Virus record (IMG/VR): IMGVR_UViG_3300045988_155968
Location: 1 to 40,361 of that record
Source of the DNA: a virus
Length of the DNA: 40,361 nt
Reading direction: 5' to 3' (one strand)
The notes beneath the pieces are model-generated. The model saw nothing but the letters and a program-made list of their open reading frames with translations. It had not been told where the DNA came from and did not search any database. The position numbers and the translations under genes were made by a program. Each line of letters opens with the position of its first letter. Position 1 is the first letter of the stretch. This document shows, piece by piece, positions 1 through 9,458 of the stretch.

Positions 1-419
1 CCGTGTACCAGGACCTGAGGGCGGAGCTCGGCGAGGTGGCGGTGCCGCTGAACACGGGCGTGGAGGCGAGGAACCGGAAGAAGTACGTGCGCCTCAGGGA
101 CGAGATGTGGGGAATGGAGAAGGACTGGTTCGACGCCGGCGGCACGCTTAACGGCGTGGGCCGCTACGAGGACTGGACGACCGACCTCACGAACATCGAG
201 TACTTCTACGACCAGAAGGGCCGCTACATGATAGAGTCGAAGCGCCACTACATCGGGCGAGGGTTCCCCTCGACCGACTGGGCGGACGCGCTCGGTCACT
301 CGCTCCTCGTGAGGCCCGTGAAGGACGCCTCGGACTTCTCGCTCGCGAGCAAGGAAAGCCCGGTACTATTAAGGCGAGACGGATACGGGGACTACCCGTG
401 CGACTGGATGGGAATATGA
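1..419 (+). CDS. terL: Terminase large subunit, C-terminal part. Same gene as 39312..40361, wrapping across the circular junction.
   Basis: The reading frame is continuous with the ORF that runs off the window end, and bases 1..119 are identical to 40243..40361. The protein ends DWMGI at 419, and the portal ATG overlaps its stop (ATGA). Confidence 0.8.
   Translation, partial: VYQDLRAELGEVAVPLNTGVEARNRKKYVRLRDEMWGMEKDWFDAGGTLNGVGRYEDWTTDLTNIEYFYDQKGRYMIESKRHYIGRGFPSTDWADALGHSLLVRPVKDASDFSLASKESPVLLRRDGYGDYPCDWMGI
363..373 (+). promoter_or_regulatory. Conserved 11-mer GTACTATTAAG, copy 1 of 4, lying 42 nt upstream of the portal ATG inside the terL 3' end.
   Basis: The exact 11-mer is also present at 2592, 5639 and 13994, always on the + strand at late-gene boundaries. 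Confidence 0.5.
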
Positions 420-2587
420 CACCACAGAGCGAATTTCAGACGACAGAACCGACTCCATTCGACTTCAACCCGAACACTATCGCGCCCTCTCTTTCGAGGG
501 TGAAGATCGACGACTTCACCGACCCAGACATGTCGTGGGTCATGAACGGCGAGAAGTACTTCATGACACCCGACAGGGCCACCGGCCTCAACCCAATGCA
601 GGAGAGGAAGCTCCGCGAGAAGGCGGAGGCCGACTTCTCCGCCGCGGACTCGTACTGGGGTGGCCACTACAGGGAAATGCGCACCGACTGGGAGTTCTAC
701 GGCGGCAAGGACCAGTGGACCATGGACGCGAAGCTCGCGAGACAGGGGCGCCCCGTGCTCACGATACCGGTCATACCGAAGTTCGTGAAGAGGATCGTCG
801 CGGAGACGAAGAAGAACCCGCCGGCCGTGAAGCTCAACCCCCGCGAGGATTCCGACGTGAACAAGGCGGAAATCGGGATGGGGCTGGTGCGCTACATCGA
901 GGACGTGTCCGGCGCGAAGTACGCCTACTCGCACGGGCTCGAATGCGCGGCGGTAGGCGGGCTCGGATGGATACGCGGCAGGATGGACCTGAAACGGCGC
1001 ACGCTGCGGGTCGAGAAGGTGAAGGACCCGTTCAGGTACTACATGGACCCCGACGCGGAGCGCGAGGACGGCTCCGACGCTAACTATTTCATTTCCAGGT
1101 ACAAGAAGACGCGCAACCGCGAGGTCACGTGGTGCTACGAGTACTGGTGGAAGGAGTACATGCCGGAGGAGAAAGCGGACGGCGTGTTCTGGGCCCTCGT
1201 GGAGGGCGACAGGGTTATCGACTACGGGCGTTTCCCGGGCGAGATAATCCCGATATTCCCCGTAATCGGCGAGGACGTGAACTACGACGGCGAGAGGGTG
1301 CTCAAGGGCATCGTGCGCGACATGGTGGACGCGCAGAGGAGCTACAACTACCTCAAGAGCCAGGAGGTGGAGACGATAGCGCTCTCCCCGAAGGCTCCGA
1401 TAATGGCCGAGGAAGGAACCATCCCGAAGGAATACGAGCGCGACTGGAACAACTGCACGAAGAACCCGACGAAGGTGCTCAAGTACCGCATGACGAACAC
1501 GGACGGCGAGCCCGCGAAGTCTCCCCCCCAGTTCCTCACGGGCATGAAGGTCGATACGCAGTGGATACGCGAGGCGGCGGTAGGCGCCATCAACGACCTC
1601 AAGGAAGTGACGGGCATCTACGACACGGCCCTCGGTTCCGATTCGAGGGAACTCTCGGGCAAGGCCATCATAGCGAAGCAGATTACGGCGGACGCGGGAC
1701 AGTTCACGTACACGGAACACTTGCAGATGACAATCCAGCAGATAGGCCGCTGGATGATGCAGGTCATACCGTACGTGTACAAGGGCGAACGCGCGATAAG
1801 GATTTTGGGCGAGGACGGGAAGCTGAGGAGCGTCGATCTCGACAGGCCGATGGGGGAGAACACGCCGGAAGAGGATCAGGTGCCGATGGACCTTGACTTC
1901 ACGGAGATGGACATTTCCGTCGCGAGCGGCAACTCGTACGCCACGAGGCGCGAGGCGGGCGTCGATGCGTTCCAGAGCATCATGCAGGCGATACCGGAAA
2001 CGGCGTCCGTGATAGCGGACCTCGCCGTGAAGAACATGGACATACCGTGGGCGAGCGAGGCGGCGGAACGCCTGCACGCGATACTCCCGCCGGAAGTGAA
2101 GGCCGCGGAGAAGGCCCCGAAGGGATTCGTCCCGGCGTCACAGCTACAGCAGGCGATGGAAATGTTCGAGCAGGCGAAGGCGGCGAACACGCAGATACAG
2201 GAACAGATGCAGGCACGCATCGTCGCGCTGGAGGGCGAGCTCAAGAACCAGATACAGGGACGTATCGCGGCGGAGCGCATCAAGGGCGAGTACGGTCTCG
2301 CGGAGGTGCAGATCAAGGAGATGAACGCGAACCAGCGCGAGGCTATGAAGGTGCAGGCGGACGTGGAGAAGAGCTCCGCGAAGATACAGACCGACCTCAT
2401 ACGCGAGGTGGGCGAGAGGGCGAGGGATGCGGCGAAAGCTTCCTCCGAAATAGCGAGGGAGCAGAAGTACGGCAATGGAGTTCAGCGCGGTCCAGTCAAT
2501 GAGTCCCACGTGAAGCTGGAGATGGACAACCCCACGCTTTTGGACGACCGTATGACGAACGAGGAAATGCTGATGAACCTGAAATAG
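416..2587 (+). CDS. Portal protein, about 724 aa, P22 gp1-like in size, with a long C-terminal coiled-coil (barrel-like) region.
   Basis: It lies immediately downstream of terL with an ATGA overlap. The size (about 724-729 aa depending on GTG 398 or ATG 416 start) and an E/Q/K-rich C-terminal helical tail are typical of P22-like portals. Synteny terS-terL-portal-scaffold-coat supports the call. Confidence 0.7.
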   Translation: MTPQSEFQTTEPTPFDFNPNTIAPSLSRVKIDDFTDPDMSWVMNGEKYFMTPDRATGLNPMQERKLREKAEADFSAADSYWGGHYREMRTDWEFYGGKDQWTMDAKLARQGRPVLTIPVIPKFVKRIVAETKKNPPAVKLNPREDSDVNKAEIGMGLVRYIEDVSGAKYAYSHGLECAAVGGLGWIRGRMDLKRRTLRVEKVKDPFRYYMDPDAEREDGSDANYFISRYKKTRNREVTWCYEYWWKEYMPEEKADGVFWALVEGDRVIDYGRFPGEIIPIFPVIGEDVNYDGERVLKGIVRDMVDAQRSYNYLKSQEVETIALSPKAPIMAEEGTIPKEYERDWNNCTKNPTKVLKYRMTNTDGEPAKSPPQFLTGMKVDTQWIREAAVGAINDLKEVTGIYDTALGSDSRELSGKAIIAKQITADAGQFTYTEHLQMTIQQIGRWMMQVIPYVYKGERAIRILGEDGKLRSVDLDRPMGENTPEEDQVPMDLDFTEMDISVASGNSYATRREAGVDAFQSIMQAIPETASVIADLAVKNMDIPWASEAAERLHAILPPEVKAAEKAPKGFVPASQLQQAMEMFEQAKAANTQIQEQMQARIVALEGELKNQIQGRIAAERIKGEYGLAEVQIKEMNANQREAMKVQADVEKSSAKIQTDLIREVGERARDAAKASSEIAREQKYGNGVQRGPVNESHVKLEMDNPTLLDDRMTNEEMLMNLK

Positions 2588-2591
2588 GCCC

Positions 2592-2602
2592 GTACTATTA
2601 AG
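2592..2602 (+). promoter_or_regulatory. GTACTATTAAG copy 2, lying 4 nt after the portal stop.
   Basis: Exact repeat of the 11-mer. Confidence 0.5.
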
Positions 2603-2745
2603 GACTGAAGAAATTTTGGGAGTCCGCACCGCACGGACTTTAAGCCTATGCGGGATATTACGCAGCGGGTTCACGGAACCGTTACCCAAGACGGGGAAAT
2701 GTTCAGCGGCGGTTGACATACGGACAACGGCGCGTCCGGCTTCCC

Positions 2746-2778
2746 ATAAGGAACGCGAAGGCACCGGATAAGGAACGC
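2746..2778 (+). repeat. Direct repeat ATAAGGAACGC x2, 11 bp separated by 11 bp, in the 5' leader of the scaffold gene.
   Basis: Copies seen at 2746..2756 and 2768..2778. The second copy supplies the AAGGAA Shine-Dalgarno for the ATG at 2784. Confidence 0.5.
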
Positions 2779-2783
2779 AATCC

Positions 2784-3695
2784 ATGGCGCAATCAATGGA
2801 AGAAGAGATCGACGGACTGGACCTGGAGAAGAACTTCACCGGAGAAACCGAAGAGGTGAAGGAAAAAACTCCGAAGGAACCCGAGCACAAGGAACCCGAA
2901 CCGGACGCAGGCAAGCCGGAGGAGCCGAAAGGCGCCGAGGACAAGGCCGATGGCGAACCGGAGCGGAAGGAACCCGAGCAGAAGGACAGGGACCCGTTCG
3001 GCGTGAAGGGGCATACCCCGAAGGGCGTACAGGAACGCATCAACGCGCTTTCCCGCAGCAACAGGGAGCAGAAGGAGCAGATAGCCCGCCTCACGGCGCA
3101 GCTCGAAAGTTTCCGGAAGGACCTGCCGAAGCCTGCGGAGAAGACGAGGGACGATTTCGGGACCGACGAGGAATGGATAGACTACCGTGCCGAGAAGAAG
3201 GCTCGCGAACTGGTCGAGTCCATTAGGTCGAAGGAACGCGAGGAGGCCGAGATGGCCGAGGCGAAGGAATCGTTCTCGAAGTCCGAGGAGGACGCGCGGA
3301 CGAAGCTCATTGACTACGACGACGTGATGTCGTCGGAAGTGAACCTGCCCGTTGACCGGGACACGTACATGTACGTGCAGAAGTCACCGCTAGGTGCGAC
3401 AGTGCTCTACACGCTGAAAAAGATCGAGGCGGTAAGGAACCAGTTCCTCATGACGCCAGACGCCGGCAAGATTGCCTTCGTCAAGAGCATCGAGGAACGC
3501 ATACGCCAGATACGGGAAGGACAGCCCGCAAGCAATGAACAACCGCCGCAGGCAGTACCGCCGCAGGCGCCACCGAAGGCGGAGGAGCCTCCGAAACCGG
3601 CCCTCAGGCAGCCTCAGGACGTGCGACACCCGGTAAGCCGAGGCCTGGACCCCGCCACCTGCTCGATGGACGAGTGGATGGAGAACGGGGACTAG
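2784..3695 (+). CDS. Scaffolding protein, 303 aa, highly charged E/K-rich with a Pro-rich tail.
   Basis: It sits between portal and coat. The composition is typical of scaffolds and the length equals P22 gp8 (303 aa). Confidence 0.55.
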   Translation: MAQSMEEEIDGLDLEKNFTGETEEVKEKTPKEPEHKEPEPDAGKPEEPKGAEDKADGEPERKEPEQKDRDPFGVKGHTPKGVQERINALSRSNREQKEQIARLTAQLESFRKDLPKPAEKTRDDFGTDEEWIDYRAEKKARELVESIRSKEREEAEMAEAKESFSKSEEDARTKLIDYDDVMSSEVNLPVDRDTYMYVQKSPLGATVLYTLKKIEAVRNQFLMTPDAGKIAFVKSIEERIRQIREGQPASNEQPPQAVPPQAPPKAEEPPKPALRQPQDVRHPVSRGLDPATCSMDEWMENGD

Positions 3696-3719
3696 CAACA
3701 AGTTTAAAGGAAAATCAAC

Positions 3720-5006
3720 ATGTCAACCGTAACAACTACCAACAGCCCGGCGTACATCTCGGGCTACGTCGTGAAGGAAGCCACCAAGGCCTTCATGAAC
3801 GCACGACTTTTCTCCGGCTTCGTAAGAAGCGAATACCGCAACGACTTCGAGGAACGCGGCGCCAAGAAGGGCGACACCATCTTCGTCCGCCGTCCGGCCC
3901 AGTTCCGCGTCCGTACCGGCGCAGGCATGGAAATCCAGGACGTCCATGAAGACAAGGTCCCGGTCACGCTCCCCGAACAGAAGGGCGTGGACTTCCAGTT
4001 CTCCGCAAGGGAACTGACCATCGACATCGACAAGGGCGGCAACGAGTACTCGAAGCGCTGGATCCGTCCGGCAGGCTCCGCACTCGCCACCGACTTCGAC
4101 TCCGAAGGTCTCGACAAGGCGTCCCGTACCGCGGGTTCCGCCGTCATCGTCGGCTACTCGTCCACGAACGACCAGATCTACGAAGCCTTCCTCAAGGCCA
4201 AGGGCATCCTCAACAAGTTCCTCGCGCCGAAGAACCCGACGGAACGCATGGCGTTCGTCGGCTCCGACATTGAGAACAAGCTAACGCAGAACGTGAAGCA
4301 GCTCTACAACAACGCGCAGGCCATCACCAAGGCCATCAAGGACGGCACCATCCAGGACGTCGCGGGCCTCACGTGGGGTTCTACCGACCTCGCCTATGTG
4401 CACGTGAACGGCGGCGGCGGAACGACCTTCACCCCGGGCACCATCACGCCCGACTACGAGAACCTGACCCAGTGGATCCCGTACACCGGCGCGAGCGGAC
4501 TCGCCGTCGGCGACACCGTCGAGTTCTCGGACTCCTACTTCGTGAACCCGGAAAAGAAGAAGGTGTACACCGACAAGCTCCAGCGCAAGGTGTTGGGCCT
4601 CAAGACTGAAAGCGGCACCAAGTACGCCCTCGTCTATTCCATCCGTCCGGTCATCGCCGAAGGTAACGTCACCGACCCGGAAAGCCGCAAGAAGTACGCC
4701 ATGGCGAACTGCTCGGCTCTCCCGAGCGCGGCGGCCTCTGTGCTCGGCGTGGCAGGCGAAAGCTACATCTGCTGCCCGGTTCTCCACAAGGACGCCATGG
4801 TCCTCACCAACGTTGACCTCGCCCGCCCGAAGAAGGTGGAAATGTGCAACTCGGTGAACTACAAGAACGTGGTCATCCGCTTCATCGAGGACTACTCCGT
4901 CACGACGGACCAGTTCCCGGACCGTCTCGACATGCTCGGCGTGTTCACGTCCCTCCTCCCGGAATGGATCGTGGACGTCGAGATCCAGGTCACGTCCTCG
5001 ACATAG
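3720..5006 (+). CDS. Major capsid (coat) protein, P22 gp5-like, 428 aa.
   Basis: There is a strong RBS (AAAGGAAAA), codon bias suggesting high expression, the size matches P22 coat (430 aa), and the gene follows the scaffold. Confidence 0.65.
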   Translation: MSTVTTTNSPAYISGYVVKEATKAFMNARLFSGFVRSEYRNDFEERGAKKGDTIFVRRPAQFRVRTGAGMEIQDVHEDKVPVTLPEQKGVDFQFSARELTIDIDKGGNEYSKRWIRPAGSALATDFDSEGLDKASRTAGSAVIVGYSSTNDQIYEAFLKAKGILNKFLAPKNPTERMAFVGSDIENKLTQNVKQLYNNAQAITKAIKDGTIQDVAGLTWGSTDLAYVHVNGGGGTTFTPGTITPDYENLTQWIPYTGASGLAVGDTVEFSDSYFVNPEKKKVYTDKLQRKVLGLKTESGTKYALVYSIRPVIAEGNVTDPESRKKYAMANCSALPSAAASVLGVAGESYICCPVLHKDAMVLTNVDLARPKKVEMCNSVNYKNVVIRFIEDYSVTTDQFPDRLDMLGVFTSLLPEWIVDVEIQVTSST

Positions 5007-5550
5007 ACGTGTTGACCTTCCGGCCCCCGGTTCCCTGTAGTCCGAGAACCTGGAGGCCGCGATAGTCAACGTCCTTTACGGTTTCTCCGTTGAGATGGTG
5101 GAAGTTTCGCACTTCCGCCATTTTCTTTTCTGTCGCCTTGACGCGGCTGTACAGCATCGACATGGCCTTCAGGCGTACGAACCTGACGTAGTTCGGCCAC
5201 GGTCCCTTTTCCGGGTCCCATTTTTCGAGCAGGTGGACCATGCAGATGTAGAAGTCGTTGGTGTAGTCCTCCATCGACACGCCGTCTATGGAAATCCTAG
5301 GGCTCCCCTTCCATATCGATATTGATATGGAACAGAGCGTGAGCACGTCCCTCTGTTCCTCGGGCGTCATCGGCACCTTGAACAGCGCTATCCTGTGGAT
5401 TATCTTCTTGACCTTTTCCGGGAGCGTCCGCCCCAGTTCGTAGAGCGTATCCCTGCTTATGCAGACTTCGCTCTTGGTGGCTATGTCCCAGTAGTAGTAG
5501 GCAGTACCGTCGTACTTCCTCTTGATGCGTCCTCTCCGTATGGACTTCAT
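4990..5550 (-). CDS. Hypothetical protein on the opposite strand inside the late operon (moron-like), with possible HTH-like segments.
   Basis: A 186-aa ORF sits in a lower-GC island between the coat gene and the next virion gene. It has its own sigma70-like promoter (TTGACT, about 18-bp spacer, TATATT) and a palindromic operator upstream. Confidence 0.4.
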   Translation of the reverse strand: MKSIRRGRIKRKYDGTAYYYWDIATKSEVCISRDTLYELGRTLPEKVKKIIHRIALFKVPMTPEEQRDVLTLCSISISIWKGSPRISIDGVSMEDYTNDFYICMVHLLEKWDPEKGPWPNYVRFVRLKAMSMLYSRVKATEKKMAEVRNFHHLNGETVKDVDYRGLQVLGLQGTGGRKVNTSMSRT

Positions 5551-5562
5551 GCCGGAATCTCT

Positions 5563-5581
5563 TGTTTACATGTTGTAAACA
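5563..5581. promoter_or_regulatory. Perfect 8-3-8 palindrome TGTTTACA tgt TGTAAACA in the leader of the minus-strand gene 4990..5550.
   Basis: Inverted repeat read directly from the sequence. The same TGTTTAC half-site recurs in the CI/Cro switch region (33265..33332) and at 38733. Confidence 0.45.
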
Positions 5582-5638
5582 GCCGAACTACATCTTGTCA
5601 ACAATATAAACAATTTTTCGACAACAAGTCAACATGAC

Positions 5639-5649
5639 GTACTATTAAG
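5639..5649 (+). promoter_or_regulatory. GTACTATTAAG copy 3, lying 14 nt upstream of the ATG at 5664 with a GGAGG RBS between them.
   Basis: Exact repeat of the 11-mer. Confidence 0.5.
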
Positions 5650-5663
5650 ACGGAGGATTTTAT

Positions 5664-6593
5664 ATGCCGAACACCGCAAGGGACATAATCAGGGACGCGT
5701 TCATACGATCTACGCTCAGGGGCCTCGGCGACACGCCGGACGACCTTGAGACGAAGGACGCCCTCGCCATGCTGAACGAGATACTTGACACGCTCAGCCA
5801 GAAGGAGGAGTTCTCGACAGGGAACGCCTCGGTAATAATCGACATGCCGCCGGGACGCCGGTTCGTTACGCTTTCCGACAACCCGCACAGGGTATTCACG
5901 GCCGTGGCCGGTATTGACGGGATACGCTGCATCTGCGGGGATTCCCATGAACTGAACGTGAACGACGGGATAGACGTGAGGATAGGGGCCGAGTCATACA
6001 CGACAACCGTTTCTTCACTGGTATCCCATGTGGAATTTGTGCTTCCGCCGAACGCGAACCTTAGCGGTTCCTATGTAGGCACGTTCAAGCTGCATTCCGA
6101 GCCGGAAGATTTCTTCATCGACATCGTGACGGCTCCTCCCGTGAACATGTTCCAGGTGGTAGGTTCGGGAGTCGGGCAGTTGCAGGAATGCCAGCAGCAG
6201 GATTTCTATTCGGCGGAGCGCGTAGGCAGGTGGTGGTGGTACGACAAGGGCAACACCCCGTACCCGAGGCTGTGGGTAAGCGGATGCGACCGCGTGATGG
6301 CCGTATTCCCTAAGCCTACGTTCAAGAACGTCACGCTCGACACGGACTTCACCTCCATGGACTCTTCCGCGAGGAGCGCTATAAAGTACCGTCTCGCGGC
6401 TGAAATAGCGTCCACGGCGGGATTCACGGCGGTAGAGCAGTCGCTCATGGCGAAGTACAGGCACTCTTTCGCCACGTTCGTAAGAAGCCGATCCCAGAGC
6501 GCGTCACCGATACCGGACTACTCGGCACCTGGATACAGGGACAGCCTCTACTACGACATATTCACCGACGGGGGCGGACATGCCACTTTCTAG
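5664..6593 (+). CDS. Virion structural protein (hypothetical), 309 aa.
   Basis: Called on ORF, RBS and position in the head/tail-completion block after the coat gene. Confidence 0.45.
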   Translation: MPNTARDIIRDAFIRSTLRGLGDTPDDLETKDALAMLNEILDTLSQKEEFSTGNASVIIDMPPGRRFVTLSDNPHRVFTAVAGIDGIRCICGDSHELNVNDGIDVRIGAESYTTTVSSLVSHVEFVLPPNANLSGSYVGTFKLHSEPEDFFIDIVTAPPVNMFQVVGSGVGQLQECQQQDFYSAERVGRWWWYDKGNTPYPRLWVSGCDRVMAVFPKPTFKNVTLDTDFTSMDSSARSAIKYRLAAEIASTAGFTAVEQSLMAKYRHSFATFVRSRSQSASPIPDYSAPGYRDSLYYDIFTDGGGHATF

Positions 6594-8157
6594 TTTCGAC
6601 GCGCTCGTAGGACCGGCCTACAGCTACCCCAGCAAGCCTGTCGATTGCCAGGAGTGCGTCAACTTCGAGTGCCTGAACGTCGGTAGCTCGGCATCGCCGT
6701 ACAGGCACATGATCGTTTCCACTCCTGGAACGAAAAGGATCAGGTTCCGCGTCCACGGGACATCGGAGGTGCTAGACGCCCTCCCTACCGTAAACGCTTC
6801 GCAGAGCCGCATAAGGGGTATCCACAGGTGCTCGGTGCCGTTCAGCGGTGACACTTTCGACGGGGTTGTCGTTGTCGGTTCCGACGCGGTATGGAAGCTC
6901 GGCATGCCGGACGCGGGTTTCGTATGCGAGATAACCAGGCTCGGTATAATTTCGGAAGGTTCCTCCCCAGTTTCGATAATCGACGCAGGCGGCGAGAGCG
7001 GAAGCGCCGTACCGCAGAAGGTCCTTATAGCGGACGGTACGACTGCGTATTACGTTGACATGGACACCATGGCGTTCGGCTCGCTCGGAAACACCATGCC
7101 CCAGCGTCCTTCCGTACTCGCCTACCTCGACGCGAGGGTCTATATGTGCGGCACGGTGAAGAACGACGGGTCTCCTTCGCAGCGGGTTTACTGGTCGGCC
7201 ATCAACAGGCCCGACTCGTGGCAGGAACTGGACTTCGTGAGCGCTTCCATGTTGAGCGACCCGGTGAAGGCCGTAGCCGTTACCGGCAACTACATGTGGA
7301 TGATAGGCTCCGAGACTTTCGAGCTGTGGCAGACGACTTCATCGACTGGCACGCTCTACTCACCCATACGCAAGGTGAACGGCGTGGCTTCGGGCGTAGG
7401 CACGTGCAGCAAGGATTCCGTAGCTACTATAGCTTCCAGCGTGTTCTTCGTCGGAGGAGGCGAGACGGGACGCCTGCACGTTTACGAGGGCGGTTCCAAC
7501 GGTTCCATATCCGTAATCAGCACGGACGCGATGAGCATGGAATTTGCGAGGTACGGGACGCTAGACGACGCTGTAGGCATGTGCTGGAGCGACGATGGGC
7601 AGCTATACTACTCGGTGACTTTCCCTACGCAGGACGTGACGTGGGTGTACAACGTAAACCAGAAGTACTGGCACAAGAGGTCTTCGAGGAAGAACACCGT
7701 GGACCACAGGTGGAACATAACCTGCATCGCGGGAGCCTACAGCATGGTCCTCGGGGCGAACGGCCTTACCGGGGAGCTCTACCACGTGAGTTCGCACTAC
7801 AACGACGACGACGGTGAGCCGATAGTGAGGCGCAGGGTGGCCCCGCACCTCAAGGCGAACGGCAGGCTCCTCATGCACAGGAGCCTCGAACTTGAACTCG
7901 AATGCGGCAACGCCCTTCCGTACGGGCAGGGCAGCGACCCTCAGATAATGCTCTGTGCTCTCGACGGTGCCGGAAGGATCCGCAGGGAGCCAAGATGGAA
8001 GTCAAGCGGTACGCAGGGAATGTACAGGCGCCGCGTGAAGTGGTACAGGCTCGGCACGGCGGTTGACCGCTGCTACGAGATTTGCGTGTCGGACCCGGTA
8101 AGGTGGGTCATATACGGCGCCGTAATAGAGACCGAGGAAGGACAGGGAGGCAAGTGA
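6580..8157 (+). CDS. Virion structural protein (hypothetical), 525 aa.
   Basis: ORF overlapping the neighbouring gene starts and stops, in the late block. Confidence 0.45.
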   Translation: MPLSSFDALVGPAYSYPSKPVDCQECVNFECLNVGSSASPYRHMIVSTPGTKRIRFRVHGTSEVLDALPTVNASQSRIRGIHRCSVPFSGDTFDGVVVVGSDAVWKLGMPDAGFVCEITRLGIISEGSSPVSIIDAGGESGSAVPQKVLIADGTTAYYVDMDTMAFGSLGNTMPQRPSVLAYLDARVYMCGTVKNDGSPSQRVYWSAINRPDSWQELDFVSASMLSDPVKAVAVTGNYMWMIGSETFELWQTTSSTGTLYSPIRKVNGVASGVGTCSKDSVATIASSVFFVGGGETGRLHVYEGGSNGSISVISTDAMSMEFARYGTLDDAVGMCWSDDGQLYYSVTFPTQDVTWVYNVNQKYWHKRSSRKNTVDHRWNITCIAGAYSMVLGANGLTGELYHVSSHYNDDDGEPIVRRRVAPHLKANGRLLMHRSLELELECGNALPYGQGSDPQIMLCALDGAGRIRREPRWKSSGTQGMYRRRVKWYRLGTAVDRCYEICVSDPVRWVIYGAVIETEEGQGGK

Positions 8158-8510
8158 TGGCAAGACAGATACTTGCGCAGCTCGAAGGCGTCTTCGTGCA
8201 GAACATGCCGAGGGTGCAGCAGACCATGAGGAACGGCGACGTGAACCCCGACTGGAACCCGTTCATGAACTCTTTCGACTCGTGGATGCAGCAGGCGTGT
8301 ACGCCAGTGGAAATTGCGGACGGACTCTACGCGGCAAGGGTAGGGTGCGTCATTACCGTGACAGGGACCGTGAAGGCGGGAGCGGAGATAGAGACTGTCG
8401 GTCCTGCGGAAACTTTCGTACGTGAAGGTGTCACGTTCCGCAAGGAAGGGCTAATAATTGGAACAGACACGGACACGGCCGTATCCGTGTCGTACATAGC
8501 GAGGAAATAG
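8157..8510 (+). CDS. Hypothetical virion protein, 117 aa, with its start at an ATGA overlap.
   Basis: The ATG at 8157 overlaps the TGA of the preceding gene, and the ORF track extends in frame from 8082. Confidence 0.4.
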   Translation: MARQILAQLEGVFVQNMPRVQQTMRNGDVNPDWNPFMNSFDSWMQQACTPVEIADGLYAARVGCVITVTGTVKAGAEIETVGPAETFVREGVTFRKEGLIIGTDTDTAVSVSYIARK

Positions 8511-8512
8511 AT

Positions 8513-9457
8513 ATGGGCGGACTTATAGCTGGAATAGCAATATCAACGATAGCCTCGGCGATAAGCGGGTCGATGGGCGCCGATGCGCAGAGGGAGGCAT
8601 ACGAGAAGCTTGCGCGGGCTTCCGAGCAGGAACGCGCCGAGTTCAGGAAGGCATACGACCAGGCTTACGGTCCCGGCTCCTACAACGCGCAGATGCAGTC
8701 AATCGGCGCGAAGGCCGGACGCCAGTTCTACGACGCTCTTAACGACAATGCTGCTTGGGACAAGTACATCAACGGAGAAAGGGCCTACGTAGCTCCTCAA
8801 GACTTCACCTTCACGGAGAAGGACTTCACGGACGATCCTAGCTACAAGGTGAGACTCAAGGAAGGTCTTGACGCTCTCGACCAGAGCAACGTAACGAACG
8901 GGCTTAATTTGTCCGGCGCTGCGATAAAGGCGACGAACGACTACGCGCAGGACCAGGCGAGCAAGGAATACGGAGCCGCATACGACCGTGCGTTCCGTAA
9001 GTACACTGACGACCGCAACTTCGACTACAACGCATGGAAGGCGCAGGCGGACCAGTACTACAACAACCTCTTGCAGAAATTGAATGGTCTCGGGCAGGCA
9101 AGCAGCCAGGGCGTACAGGCGAACAGCGCGCAGGCGCAGGCATTGCAGGCACTGGCGAACAACAACGCTTCCTCGATGCAGCAGCAGGCCACGGCTCAGG
9201 GAGCGGCCGGCATGGCGGGTACTTCCGCGACCACGTCCGTACTCGACGCCATAGCGAAGGGACTCACGACCGGAGCCGGTCTATACGCCTCGCAGGCGGG
9301 AGCCACACCGACAGCGGCTACTCCGGCAAGTTCCTCTCCGACTAACACTTACACGCTCTCGGGAGCGATAGACAGCGGCGGACAGGATTTCGCCAAGCTG
9401 TTCCTCAACGGCTGGAACCCGGCTATACCGACAACGCAGAACCTCGTGGGGGCATGA
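8513..9457 (+). CDS. Hypothetical Ala/Gln-rich protein with a hydrophobic N-terminus, a possible internal or ejection protein.
   Basis: It has an RBS (GAGGAAA), an N-terminal transmembrane-like stretch, and a position analogous to the P22 ejection-protein block. Confidence 0.4.
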   Translation: MGGLIAGIAISTIASAISGSMGADAQREAYEKLARASEQERAEFRKAYDQAYGPGSYNAQMQSIGAKAGRQFYDALNDNAAWDKYINGERAYVAPQDFTFTEKDFTDDPSYKVRLKEGLDALDQSNVTNGLNLSGAAIKATNDYAQDQASKEYGAAYDRAFRKYTDDRNFDYNAWKAQADQYYNNLLQKLNGLGQASSQGVQANSAQAQALQALANNNASSMQQQATAQGAAGMAGTSATTSVLDAIAKGLTTGAGLYASQAGATPTAATPASSSPTNTYTLSGAIDSGGQDFAKLFLNGWNPAIPTTQNLVGA

Positions 9458-9458
9458 C

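Noticed and set aside
392-2077. 561-aa minus-strand ORF antisense to the portal gene.
   Set aside because: Stop-free antisense frames are typical of GC-rich coding DNA. The + strand encodes a recognisable portal with correct synteny and ATGA coupling to terL.
535-2502. Several + strand ORFs in other frames (535..1083, 1129..1896, 2047..2502), Arg/Gly-rich.
   Set aside because: They are embedded in the portal gene. Their RGG-rich composition is characteristic of off-frame translation of GC-rich sequence.
5006-5080. Imperfect long-range inverted repeat (GACGTGTTGAC ... GTCAACGTC) after the coat gene as a terminator.
   Set aside because: The stem is imperfect with an approximately 50-nt loop and no T-run, so it was not confident enough to list as a feature.
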